Sequence record: NC_102531.1
Length of the DNA stretch: 64,000 bases
Strand: one strand, 5' to 3'
Source: a phage
The notes under the pieces were generated by a model that did not search any database, was not told the DNA's origin, and worked only from the letters and a program-made list of their open reading frames with translations. This document shows positions 17,175-26,599 of this stretch, piece after piece. The first letter of the stretch is position 1; the number at the start of each line of letters is the position of its first letter. Both the position numbers and the translations under genes were made by a program.

Positions 17175-17495
17175 TTAATCGTCAAGTTCAAAATAGATTT
17201 TAACGGCTTCATCGAAGATTGGAATCCCGATGTTGTTGATAAGTTGCCAAACTACCATATCTTTACCTGGATCTGGGAGAATGTCAACCTTTCTCCATGC
17301 GCTGTATATCCAGTTCGGACCACCTTCTGCACTAACTGGCAGATTTTCACCAGCCTCCTGCAGATACTTATACAGCAAAAGATATTCTGGATACTCTAGA
17401 ACACTGTCCTCTGTAGTATATAGCAGTTCACGGTATACTTTTAAGAACCCTGCTGGGGTAATGTTTTCAGTCTTCATTTGCCGCTTCTCCTGCAT
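17175..17495 (-). CDS. Hypothetical protein (106 aa)
   Basis: ORF. Confidence 0.45.
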   Translation of the reverse strand: MQEKRQMKTENITPAGFLKVYRELLYTTEDSVLEYPEYLLLYKYLQEAGENLPVSAEGGPNWIYSAWRKVDILPDPGKDMVVWQLINNIGIPIFDEAVKIYFELDD

Positions 17496-17859
17496 TCATC
17501 AGGTCTGCCATAGCGTCACCTACGAAGAGAACAACCACATCGTTGACAGCGTCAGCATCATCTTTATTGACGTTGCTGAATTTAGGACACACAGCAATGA
17601 TCATATAGACACCGTTACCAACCTGAACTGTCCGTGTGGTGCACATCATGGCGGTATTTGTGCCTTCTTTGAAGGCGAAGCCTTGAAGACGCTCCTCTAA
17701 AGTGTTACCGGTAGATTTCAGAAGCGCCAGCTCGTCCAAGACATAGATGATATCTCCGGAAGTTAGTGTTGCCTTGCCATCAGACACCATAATAACTCCA
17801 TCAGCACCGTCAAGCTTAGAGGCTTCAAAGATATCAATATCCCAAATATTTTTCATCAC
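17467..17859 (-). CDS. Hypothetical protein (130 aa)
   Basis: ORF. Confidence 0.45.
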   Translation of the reverse strand: MMKNIWDIDIFEASKLDGADGVIMVSDGKATLTSGDIIYVLDELALLKSTGNTLEERLQGFAFKEGTNTAMMCTTRTVQVGNGVYMIIAVCPKFSNVNKDDADAVNDVVVLFVGDAMADLMNAGEAANED

Positions 17860-18176
17860 GCTTCCTCGTCGTCTAAGGAGTTGAAGATTTCACCGAAGTA
17901 TTCTAAGACTTCTAGCTCCCGTGTGGTGCAGAAAACACAGTCACCGTTGTCATCCTCGATAACGGCCTCTTTACCCAGCACATCTACTTCAAGTTTATCG
18001 TTCAACAGGACAGCCCCTGTGTAAACTTTGTCGGCTGTGCAGTCCCGAAAAGCAGAGTCTTTCTCCAGATAGTCTGGCTTAACCTTGGCTTTAATTCGTT
18101 GATATTGTTTGGTCATTGCTGTGGTCCCCTTTCGTTTTGATAGGGCCATTATATTAGGCCCCATCACTGTTGTCAA
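17856..18176 (-). CDS. Hypothetical protein (106 aa)
   Basis: ORF with 4-nt overlap. Confidence 0.45.
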   Translation of the reverse strand: MTTVMGPNIMALSKRKGTTAMTKQYQRIKAKVKPDYLEKDSAFRDCTADKVYTGAVLLNDKLEVDVLGKEAVIEDDNGDCVFCTTRELEVLEYFGEIFNSLDDEEA

Positions 18177-18179
18177 GTA

Positions 18180-18434
18180 TTAATGTTCAGGTTTTACAAA
18201 AACTACTTCATTAACAGTGCACCAGACAGAGTCTCCTTCATCATCTTTAAAGGTAAGGCACTGTGCTGAGTTTTCCAGCTCATCGATCTCTTCTTGTGAT
18301 AAAGGGGCCCCTTCTTCCAGGAGGGCTTTTACCAGAGGGTTCTCACAAAACTCTGCTTCATAAATTGCACCGACTGTGCAATCTTTAAAAGCTCGGTCAT
18401 TTGCAACGCATTCTGACTTCAAAGTAATTTTCAT
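18180..18434 (-). CDS. Hypothetical protein (84 aa)
   Basis: ORF. Confidence 0.45.
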   Translation of the reverse strand: MKITLKSECVANDRAFKDCTVGAIYEAEFCENPLVKALLEEGAPLSQEEIDELENSAQCLTFKDDEGDSVWCTVNEVVFVKPEH

Positions 18435-18510
18435 CTTAGCGGTCTCCTTAAGTGTTAAACAATCAACGCTCTGTTTGTGTGAAGCATCTTATATCTAATC
18501 TTACTTCCTG

Positions 18511-18909
18511 TCAACGACTATTTTCGATCATCCACCAAGGATCAAGATAAGTTTGTTGACTTTTTGCCCACTGACAAACTTCATTGTACATCTGAACCTC
18601 GTTGTCCGTCAATTCACGAATAGGTTCATCTACACCCTCATTTTTGTGGTAATCCCATTCTGCGTCTATCTCCCACAGCCATGACTTGTTGTCACCACGC
18701 TTACGCACACAGAAATCACCAGGGCGGCCTGCCAGTGCATTTAAGAACTCGTTCTCCGCTCGCTCCTGGAGAATACTAAGGAGCAAAACGTTGGAGCATG
18801 ACCGTAAAATATGCTTCAGCTCACAATCATCAATCTCAACTTCAATACGTTGTTTGACTGTGTGGGTACCTTTTACTAACATCCTACCTCCTCTAAACGA
18901 ACTCTGCAA
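18511..18909 (-). CDS. Hypothetical protein (132 aa)
   Basis: ORF. Confidence 0.45.
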   Translation of the reverse strand: MQSSFRGGRMLVKGTHTVKQRIEVEIDDCELKHILRSCSNVLLLSILQERAENEFLNALAGRPGDFCVRKRGDNKSWLWEIDAEWDYHKNEGVDEPIRELTDNEVQMYNEVCQWAKSQQTYLDPWWMIENSR

Positions 18910-19087
18910 GGGTTGTGTTGTTCACTGCACCACAGTAAATGGAGTATCCCAGCCCATTAGAGTGCAGAAACCACGGCGTGCCGAAATTATCTTTCACGTA
19001 GACATCGCCGTTGCTTGTAAAGGGCCAATATTCTTCACCAAGGGTGAAATACCTACTCATACCCTCAGCCAGATACTTTACTTTCAT
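18893..19087 (-). CDS. Hypothetical protein (64 aa)
   Basis: ORF. Confidence 0.4.
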   Translation of the reverse strand: MKVKYLAEGMSRYFTLGEEYWPFTSNGDVYVKDNFGTPWFLHSNGLGYSIYCGAVNNTTLAEFV

Positions 19088-19311
19088 AGGTCCTCTTCAA
19101 CAACTACAAACTTGGCAAGCAGGGTGGTTCCGTAGATATGATACTCACCGTTTGCCAGATGGGAGATAAACCAGGCAATCCCCTCCTCGTCTTTAATCAT
19201 CTTGTTTGCACGATCTTTATCGTAATAAACCTCGTAGGTCTTTCCTTCTTTAAAGAAGGACAGGTCTGTCATCTTTTCTTCTACAAAAGTAGCTTTAACC
19301 AAAGTTGTCAT
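19084..19311 (-). CDS. Hypothetical protein (75 aa)
   Basis: ORF. Confidence 0.4.
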   Translation of the reverse strand: MTTLVKATFVEEKMTDLSFFKEGKTYEVYYDKDRANKMIKDEEGIAWFISHLANGEYHIYGTTLLAKFVVVEEDL

Positions 19312-19682
19312 TGATCGGTCTCCTTCTTGTTAAGTCTGAATACTGCAATAATAGCATTCCCAAGGTGCAGTGTCAAATCATTTCCAAGATACCACAACAT
19401 TCCACGGTCATCTTTGATGAAAGGGTAACAATCTGGTGCCTTCCAGACATTGTACACTTTCCCGACCTGAAAGAAATCAGGACCTGTTGGGATTTTAGTG
19501 CCAGGCCACACTTGAGATACCTGAACACACTCTACCTGCATAATAACAGGGATAGTCATGGATGTAAATGTTTTTGTTGGTTCTACTACCATAAAAGTCT
19601 CCTCTTTGCTCAACAACACTTCCATGTGTTGATAGTTTACATTAGTGACAATCACCCCAATTACGACCACACAAGTATTCAC
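19308..19682 (-). CDS. Hypothetical protein (124 aa)
   Basis: ORF. Confidence 0.45.
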   Translation of the reverse strand: MNTCVVVIGVIVTNVNYQHMEVLLSKEETFMVVEPTKTFTSMTIPVIMQVECVQVSQVWPGTKIPTGPDFFQVGKVYNVWKAPDCYPFIKDDRGMLWYLGNDLTLHLGNAIIAVFRLNKKETDQ

Positions 19683-22419
19683 CTGTGATCTGGAACGGGA
19701 CTCCCATCATTTTAGAAGCTTGCCAGAAGCAATGCACCACCATTTCACCTACAGGGCTCCAGATAAGTTCAAGCTTTCCGTCATCGTTCAGGATAGGATC
19801 GTACACCGTGTTTCCGTCTCTGTCAACCACTTCGTTTCCGTCCTCATCCTTGCGTGCCTTTTTGTGCTTATGACCGTCGAACACATGAAGTTTGGCCTCC
19901 TGCTCTGCCTTAAATGCTTCCAGTTCTTCAATTGTGTCGAAGGTGTACACAGTCTTATACTTCGGTGTGTCAGGCACTTGAAGCTGATATTCGTCATGGT
20001 AATAGATAATACGACGGACACCTTCATCGTACCACCCACGCTTCACCATTTGGTGGTGCATGAGTATCCCAACCAAGTCACACAACGATGCACCACCATT
20101 TTGTTGGTATGCATTAAGCAAAGAGTGTTTAGAGCGAGTCCAGATGGCATGACCATCAAAAGAGTAGATAAATTTCTTACCTGTTGCTTCCCAGAATTTC
20201 TCCAAGTCCTCTTTACGCCCTTTAAGACCGGGGTTGGCATCCCAAAGCGCATCGATCACCCTTTGTCCCAACTCTGGAGAGATATCCAGCATGTCTGCAA
20301 CTTTATCTTTTTGTGCCCCATACATAACCCCATACGTGATAGGTTTACCGTCGTTACGAGACACCTCTCTGCCTGCTACTTTCGTATATGCCTCAGCATT
20401 GTTTTGGTGTGCGTCCCCGTTACTTACAACATCATAATACAAGCCGTTGTCGAACTCAAAGGCACCCCAAGCCCCGATAAGCTGCTCTAAGTTGGACCCG
20501 TCAATACCGATCTCAAAGTATCCTGGAGGAACACCCCACAGACTACGCATCTCTTTACCCATAACCACTTTAGGAGATGGTTTAGGCATGTTTGCACAAA
20601 TACTGTGTTTCTGTCTGGAAGTGTTTGTTAATCCAGAGCTTTTAGCAGGAAGCTTATGGTCAATCTTCAAACGTGGGTGATTAAGAAGACCAGTATCAAC
20701 CTTATCCTCCTTAATTGGATCAAGGACCGATCTGCGGTTTCGCAATGATAACCACAAGACGATATCTTTAGCCATCTCTCCGTTCAATTTTTCAAGATTC
20801 GGACATAGGTGTCCAAACGTATCTTTCAGTTGCGGAGAAGTAATAAGTGCCCTGGCTTTTCTACGTATTTTCCCGAATACTTCCTTTTTAATCCTCTCGG
20901 AGTTAGGAAAGCTTCGGAACTTGTGCACGGTTGTCTGGAACTTAGCATCAGTTTTGTTCCAGAAGTTGATAATCAGGTCACAATACTCTGACTCTAAAAG
21001 CTCGTCCATATATGCATATACTCGTGCATCAACATCTGCATCAGGTAGAGCTTTCTTCTTGCTGTCTTTAGTTACATCCTTAGTTCTCCACATTGTCGGA
21101 AGCCAACCAGCACTGATCAGGTATCGCTTAATATCGTCCTGATTGCTGATTTTCATAGGTATCTTGCAGTCAGGCATTCGCTTCTGCTGCAGATCGCTTA
21201 TTGCCTGATCCATCAGCTCTTTAGGTAAAGGTTGTGGTGTGGAGGTGCCCTTAATATAACCTCTCAAGAAATCAGCCATCTTGTCTGGGTCTTTGCAGCC
21301 CATCTCTTCACACCATTTTATCCCCATTTTACTGACATCTCCTGTGGAGGTAAATGCTCGCTTAGGTGGGGCTTTGAACTCTAAAGCGCTCATGTCTACA
21401 GGATAACCAAGCTTATCTTTTAACCATTTCCAACCATTATTGGAGATTGTCCCATCTTGGTTAAACGGCTTTTCAGGGAACTTGGGCCGCTGAGACATTG
21501 ACAGCTCTTTTAAAGGTAGTTGTGGTTCAACACGATCAGCTATTTCTTTCATCCACGCATCGCAACGGTCACGTAAAGCAATAGCCCCGTCTATGTCGAA
21601 ATACACACCCTGACGGGCCTGCAGCTCCATCAGGAAGTGCTGCAGCATGCCTCGGCGTAATGCGTTCTTCCAGGTGATCTTCTTGAACCCTTTTGGCTTC
21701 TCTTTGGCAGGATCGTACATAAAGTTCTGCATGTCAGATTTGCCGTAGAATACACCTTTTGATTCCGCTACCAGCTCTTTCCAGAGCAGCTCCTGGATGA
21801 TAACGTCCTCGAATACACGATCCACATACTTCCACAGCGGAAGATCGCGCCAGTCATCAATTTGAACTTTCTGGTTACCAAGAGCGTAGCCCCATGCCAT
21901 AAGGCCGTGAGGACCAACAGGCTGCATTTTCTTAGTAACCGGGTTGAATACAGAGTCCGGACAACCTTTTGGTAAAGGGCGATCAGGCCACAAGATTCGG
22001 CTCATCGCCAACGTATCGAACAGGTTAACCTGGTGGTCGTTGATAGTCCCCATACATTTAGGATCACGGAACATATCAAAATGAATACCGGATAATCTCT
22101 CCATCAGCATAAAGTCATAACTGTAGCAGTTATGGCAGTTCAAAGCTGTTGGTGACCAGTCGGAATTTCCTGTAAGCCAACCTTCCAACTCCGAAAAATC
22201 TGCTATGCGAACTTCAAAATCTTTATAAAGAGTTTTCTTTGCCAGAATAAAGTTCTTAGCCTTCTCTATATCCTCCTCGGAGTAGTGTGTGCGGTCATTT
22301 AGAGGAAGGAACAGCATAAAACGGTTCTTATTCAGCTCTTTAAACAGGCCGCAATGATAATAAAGATCTGGGTCTTCCAGCAAACCGGATGACTCAAAAT
22401 CGAACGACCACATGCTCAT
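19642..22419 (-). CDS. DNA polymerase, family A, T7 gp5-like, with N-terminal 3'-5' exonuclease
   Basis: FDFE exonuclease motif, motif B (KPITYGVMYGAQ), motif C (YYHDEYQ); N- and C-termini (ending NWGDCH) resemble T7 gp5 as recalled; AAGGAGA Shine-Dalgarno. Confidence 0.9.
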   Translation of the reverse strand: MSMWSFDFESSGLLEDPDLYYHCGLFKELNKNRFMLFLPLNDRTHYSEEDIEKAKNFILAKKTLYKDFEVRIADFSELEGWLTGNSDWSPTALNCHNCYSYDFMLMERLSGIHFDMFRDPKCMGTINDHQVNLFDTLAMSRILWPDRPLPKGCPDSVFNPVTKKMQPVGPHGLMAWGYALGNQKVQIDDWRDLPLWKYVDRVFEDVIIQELLWKELVAESKGVFYGKSDMQNFMYDPAKEKPKGFKKITWKNALRRGMLQHFLMELQARQGVYFDIDGAIALRDRCDAWMKEIADRVEPQLPLKELSMSQRPKFPEKPFNQDGTISNNGWKWLKDKLGYPVDMSALEFKAPPKRAFTSTGDVSKMGIKWCEEMGCKDPDKMADFLRGYIKGTSTPQPLPKELMDQAISDLQQKRMPDCKIPMKISNQDDIKRYLISAGWLPTMWRTKDVTKDSKKKALPDADVDARVYAYMDELLESEYCDLIINFWNKTDAKFQTTVHKFRSFPNSERIKKEVFGKIRRKARALITSPQLKDTFGHLCPNLEKLNGEMAKDIVLWLSLRNRRSVLDPIKEDKVDTGLLNHPRLKIDHKLPAKSSGLTNTSRQKHSICANMPKPSPKVVMGKEMRSLWGVPPGYFEIGIDGSNLEQLIGAWGAFEFDNGLYYDVVSNGDAHQNNAEAYTKVAGREVSRNDGKPITYGVMYGAQKDKVADMLDISPELGQRVIDALWDANPGLKGRKEDLEKFWEATGKKFIYSFDGHAIWTRSKHSLLNAYQQNGGASLCDLVGILMHHQMVKRGWYDEGVRRIIYYHDEYQLQVPDTPKYKTVYTFDTIEELEAFKAEQEAKLHVFDGHKHKKARKDEDGNEVVDRDGNTVYDPILNDDGKLELIWSPVGEMVVHCFWQASKMMGVPFQITGEYLCGRNWGDCH

Positions 22420-22437
22420 ATACAGTTCTCCTTAAAG

Positions 22438-22462
22438 GGGAGGCGGTTGTACTACCCCTCCC
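22438..22462 (-). promoter_or_regulatory. Intergenic stem-loop (GGGAGG / CCTCCC) just upstream of the polymerase ribosome-binding site
   Basis: Hairpin without a following T-run; candidate processing or stability element. Confidence 0.3.
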
Positions 22463-22477
22463 ACTCTTGGTTAAACA

Positions 22478-24556
22478 TTAAAAAGGCGTTTCATCGTCCT
22501 CAAAACCAGGAATCTGGTCAGAGGATGGATCATCGTACTGGAGGTCTTCCTGCGTGTCAACAGGCTTAACAGTAGGAGTTACAACCTTATCAGCCACAAC
22601 CTTGCCCATAGGTGTTTCTACAACTGCATGCTCCTGATCCTCAAACATGGCCTGAGGTCTCCAAACAACCTCCCCACCTTCTCCGTCTGTAAACATTTGC
22701 ATTTCTTTGTCCCAGTACCAATTACTGGCATCATGGAACTTACCTGTGTGCGGGTCCATAACTAGAGTGTCAGCAATACCTAAAGTTTTTGCTGGACGGT
22801 TTTTAAGACCTACCAGACGGACACGCCCACGAGAACGATCCACCATTTCTTCGGCCTCGACACCTATGACTACCCAACTCAACTGTTCAAGCCCAGCCGA
22901 TCCTCGCAAATTCTCTTTTCGCACAGGATACCAGAAAGGTAACGGGTTACCATCCTTGTCCTTAGGAGGCACAATCTCTGTACGTTTGAGGTGAGCAATC
23001 ACTAAGATAAACACGTTAAACTGCTTACAAAACGCAGCCAGTTGGGTCATAGCCATGTCCAGTTCTTTTCGCTCATCCTTAACATTAAGACCTGAAATTA
23101 CCATGGACAGGTGATCCAGTACAATATAACGACAATGGTACAGGCAAACCATTTGCTTAAGCTTAGTAATCAACTCGTCCACCGGAATAGATCCGAAATG
23201 TTTGAACACTTTGATTTTTCCAGCTTTTGCCCATGATTGGTGAATCTCTGCGTGTTCTTGATCAGTTAAAAACTGGCTAGGGTCTTCAACAAACTCTTTA
23301 ACATCAAACCCTAACTGGTTTGCATACAAGGAGTTAATTGCTTCCTCTGGGTCCTCCTCAAGATGGATCATGCATAGACGATCATCCTCTTCGTAGTCAT
23401 CGGCCTTCGGACATGTCGGGTCCATTAGGTATCTTGCAATACAGTGTTCCAGTTTTTTAGCTACGGTTGTTTTACCGCCACCTGACGGACCTGTAAGCAT
23501 TACGAGTGTCCCTTTGTGCAAGCCTTTTAGCATTTTTTGCAGTTTTGGGAACTCTGCGCTGATATCTACCCCGTTGGAAGTCTTTTTCCGCAAAGACTCG
23601 ATAGAGAAGTCTTCTAAATCCGACACAGCATCAGGCACATATTTAACAGGGTGCCGAAACATGTTGACAATATCTTCTAGCTTTTTAGCCTTCAGCATGT
23701 CACGGATATCTTTTACACCGTCAGGATCGTTTACCTCACCGGGATATTCTACGTGGTAAACGTTATCAGCCATCAAAAATGCTGCGATATTGTGAGTGGC
23801 CTCAACACCTTTAATGACGTGTTTTTGCTTTTCTACCTCGTTAGCTGCATCGTTATCCATTGCCAGCACAACTGTTCCATAGCTACGGATAAACTTCTCA
23901 TTGTTTGCAAAAGTATCTACTGCGTTTGCACATCCACAGTTAATTCCAACAAAAGGTAGGCAGGGTTTTCCTGCCAGATCACCACCGTTGATAACTGCAT
24001 CGATCCCGTCCTGGACCTCTTTAGCCCACTGCTTGACCTTTGCCGGGGCTTTAGCGTTGGTGAGAATCCCTTTTACCTGTATCTGATATGCAGCTTGCCA
24101 TGCTGCAATAACATCTCCTTCCCCCTCACAGACGTTAATCTGCTTGCGGTTGTTAGAGGATGCACACAGCTTTTGACCAAACATCTGAGAGTTAGCCTTT
24201 ACTATGCCTACTACAGACCAGTGTCCTTTCTGCTCTTTCGGCTTAGACCAATCACGTTTTTTGAAACCAGACAGATTCCCGTAGCGGTCGTAATATGGGA
24301 AATATGTTGCAGTAACTGTCACACCGTCTTCTTGGGACAATGCTGATCGCACACCAAAATATTGTGCAGCCATCAGACCGATATTTTGTTGTGGGACAGG
24401 GACAATTTTAGTATTTTCTAAAACAGTCTCTACAGTTTCAACTTCTTTTTCATCACGATAGTCTCGTTTCACACTTCCCCCACTTTTATACTTAGTTGCT
24501 TTCGGGTTTGGCTCACCGAAACGGTTGTATGCAGATGCCATAAATTTACTTCCCAT
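22478..24556 (-). CDS. Primase-helicase (DnaB-type helicase domain), T7 gp4-like
   Basis: Walker A LTGPSGGGKTT, Walker B-like DHLSM; N-terminal primase-like region; adjacent to the polymerase. Confidence 0.8.
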   Translation of the reverse strand: MGSKFMASAYNRFGEPNPKATKYKSGGSVKRDYRDEKEVETVETVLENTKIVPVPQQNIGLMAAQYFGVRSALSQEDGVTVTATYFPYYDRYGNLSGFKKRDWSKPKEQKGHWSVVGIVKANSQMFGQKLCASSNNRKQINVCEGEGDVIAAWQAAYQIQVKGILTNAKAPAKVKQWAKEVQDGIDAVINGGDLAGKPCLPFVGINCGCANAVDTFANNEKFIRSYGTVVLAMDNDAANEVEKQKHVIKGVEATHNIAAFLMADNVYHVEYPGEVNDPDGVKDIRDMLKAKKLEDIVNMFRHPVKYVPDAVSDLEDFSIESLRKKTSNGVDISAEFPKLQKMLKGLHKGTLVMLTGPSGGGKTTVAKKLEHCIARYLMDPTCPKADDYEEDDRLCMIHLEEDPEEAINSLYANQLGFDVKEFVEDPSQFLTDQEHAEIHQSWAKAGKIKVFKHFGSIPVDELITKLKQMVCLYHCRYIVLDHLSMVISGLNVKDERKELDMAMTQLAAFCKQFNVFILVIAHLKRTEIVPPKDKDGNPLPFWYPVRKENLRGSAGLEQLSWVVIGVEAEEMVDRSRGRVRLVGLKNRPAKTLGIADTLVMDPHTGKFHDASNWYWDKEMQMFTDGEGGEVVWRPQAMFEDQEHAVVETPMGKVVADKVVTPTVKPVDTQEDLQYDDPSSDQIPGFEDDETPF

Positions 24557-25340
24557 TAATTCTGCTCCTTACTGCAGGCTCGTTTGCTAAGAATACAGCT
24601 TTTGCCCAGCCACGGGGTGTGAGGCTTCGAATCATCTTTGTTCTTGCACTCTTTCCCCCCAGCTTGGCGTGTTGCATGGAATACCCGCTAACCGCGTCAA
24701 CTATTTGCGGGACAGGTTTTGTGGCCGGGATTATAAATCCATTACCTATCCAGCCGCAAGTTATTTTTGGATAGGCATCACGTGGAGCTATAAATTCAGG
24801 AAACCAGGGGTTTACATCATCCTCCGGTAAATACCCGCCATAATCAGAAGGGTGAAAACGGTAATCAGGTTTGCGCCACAGCGTGGACATAACACCCACA
24901 GGATTCTCTACATGCCACGGGCAATCGTAAATCTCTCCCAACTCTTCTGCAACCCGAGCATCCTTTACAGCGTTAATCTGGATCAGCGGGTCCTTAGCCA
25001 GCTTCTTCTTAAAGTGTGCAGCACCTGACACCGCTAAGTGGGTGCACGGAGGAAATGCAAGAACAAAGTCCGGAGCTGGGTACATGCAGAAAGTTTCCTG
25101 AGGGAACCATGGATCAATCCAATAATCTACATAGTGAATATTTGGATGATCGGTGATCACCTCTGCATAACTGCCGTGGTCAGCACCTTCTGCGTTAAAG
25201 CACAGGCACAGATATCCAGCTTTTGCCCAGTCAATGACTGCACCGCCAGATCCGTCAAACAGACTCCACACAACACCTTTGTGGTAGTGTTCTTTATAGA
25301 TAAATTTCAATTTGCTGTCTCCTAATGCAAAAAGCCCCAC
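24546..25340 (-). CDS. Compact C5-cytosine methyltransferase-like protein (264 aa) with variant catalytic motif
   Basis: Motif I SLFDGSGG, motif IV FPPCTHLAVSG (PCT instead of PCQ), motif VI HVENPVG; too short for a normal target-recognition domain. Confidence 0.5.
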   Translation of the reverse strand: MGLFALGDSKLKFIYKEHYHKGVVWSLFDGSGGAVIDWAKAGYLCLCFNAEGADHGSYAEVITDHPNIHYVDYWIDPWFPQETFCMYPAPDFVLAFPPCTHLAVSGAAHFKKKLAKDPLIQINAVKDARVAEELGEIYDCPWHVENPVGVMSTLWRKPDYRFHPSDYGGYLPEDDVNPWFPEFIAPRDAYPKITCGWIGNGFIIPATKPVPQIVDAVSGYSMQHAKLGGKSARTKMIRSLTPRGWAKAVFLANEPAVRSRINGK

Positions 25341-25355
25341 CCTTTCGGGCAGGGC
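25326..25355 (-). terminator. Intrinsic terminator, second copy of the GAAA-tetraloop hairpin
   Basis: Identical 22-nt hairpin to 15212..15233, followed by TTTTTGCA. Confidence 0.6.
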
Positions 25356-25361
25356 CTAGTG

Positions 25362-25844
25362 TTAAACCCGGATACCTATTGTATACTCGGTGGATACCAA
25401 TGTCAAATCTAAATTTAAAATTTCTTGCATCTCATAATATGCGTCCAGGGTGAGATACATTTCCCCATCCTTTTCTACATACTTGTCAAGGTGTTTGAGG
25501 CACTTTGGATAACTATCAAGTGCAGCTTTCAGACACTCAAATTCTGTGCTGTTGATGAATCCTTCCATCTTGGCTACCCGTTCTGGAGTAACGATAGCAC
25601 TGTAGTGAGATTTAGCTTCCTGAATGCAATGGGTCCAAGCATCAACTTTCTCTTCGAAAAGTCCGAAGAACTTCTTTTTGGTGAGCTTCAGATTCTTTAA
25701 GTGCTTAAGCACTCGGTTGCCGATCACAGCCACATCACGAAACTTAAGGATCACTTTGTCGATATCCTCGCGGCCTATTTTCACAAAGCAAGCTTCACAC
25801 ATTTCAGGAGCTGCGTAACCTACTTTCCACATAAAATCTGACAT
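25362..25844 (-). CDS. Hypothetical protein (160 aa)
   Basis: ORF. Confidence 0.5.
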   Translation of the reverse strand: MSDFMWKVGYAAPEMCEACFVKIGREDIDKVILKFRDVAVIGNRVLKHLKNLKLTKKKFFGLFEEKVDAWTHCIQEAKSHYSAIVTPERVAKMEGFINSTEFECLKAALDSYPKCLKHLDKYVEKDGEMYLTLDAYYEMQEILNLDLTLVSTEYTIGIRV

Positions 25845-25856
25845 AACACTATCTCC

Positions 25857-26255
25857 TTATTCTTCCTGAAAAGCTATGATATCATATGAACTTGCAGATG
25901 ATCCTGGTGAAGAATGACTCCAGTCCAGGTCATCAGAGTAGTCAGCGTACTGTGCACCGCTACGTAGTTTGTATTTTACCCACTTACCTGGTGCAGGGTT
26001 TTCACCACCTTCCCATACTTCCCAGCCTTCTGGCAGGCCGTCCTGAGCATAGTCATCCACCTCACTAATGATCTTAGGGTTTGGCACCAAGATCCCCGCA
26101 GGCTCTTCCTTCCGGATAAGTGTCCACACAGCGTAGGTATCTGAGCAGGCGCATGATAGCAAAGTATATCCACTATTCAGAACTTCTGCAAGCTCTTTTT
26201 CAGCATCTTCCAATTTAGTTAAGTGGTATTGGATAATCTTCACACCTGTAATCAT
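25857..26255 (-). CDS. Hypothetical protein (132 aa)
   Basis: ORF. Confidence 0.5.
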   Translation of the reverse strand: MITGVKIIQYHLTKLEDAEKELAEVLNSGYTLLSCACSDTYAVWTLIRKEEPAGILVPNPKIISEVDDYAQDGLPEGWEVWEGGENPAPGKWVKYKLRSGAQYADYSDDLDWSHSSPGSSASSYDIIAFQEE

Positions 26256-26599
26256 CAGAAACCTCCCACTTCTTCAGCAAATGCAGCTGCTGTCGTCGCT
26301 GCATCCAGATAGGACTCCAGTTCACGGGCTGCACGTTTGTAAATTGAGTGTCGCAAATCGTTTGGCAGTTGGTGGAAGTCCACCTCTTCACCGTTGTGGT
26401 AAACATGCACATCGGTAATTTGTCTAAATCCGTAATAGTCAACATCAGAATCACGGCACTCCGGGTCTGGCAACTGGACAACTGCCTGAGCTTCTACAGT
26501 AAACATATCGTCAAGTTCGAAATCGATTTCAAAAGTGTATGGTTTATAACGTTTCATCATTTGATTGTACTCTTTATTGATCAGACATATCTTTCGCAA
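26255..26599 (-). CDS. Hypothetical protein (114 aa)
   Basis: ORF. Confidence 0.5.
   Translation of the reverse strand: MRKICLINKEYNQMMKRYKPYTFEIDFELDDMFTVEAQAVVQLPDPECRDSDVDYYGFRQITDVHVYHNGEEVDFHQLPNDLRHSIYKRAARELESYLDAATTAAAFAEEVGGF

Noticed and set aside
19645-20490. Plus-strand ORFs of 60-280 aa throughout 19.6-37 kb and 44.6-63.7 kb (for example 19645..20490, 28656..29126, 47836..48438, 49327..50142)
   Set aside because: They run antisense to long, motif-bearing minus-strand genes and have low-complexity, Cys/His/Leu-biased translations with no ribosome-binding sites.
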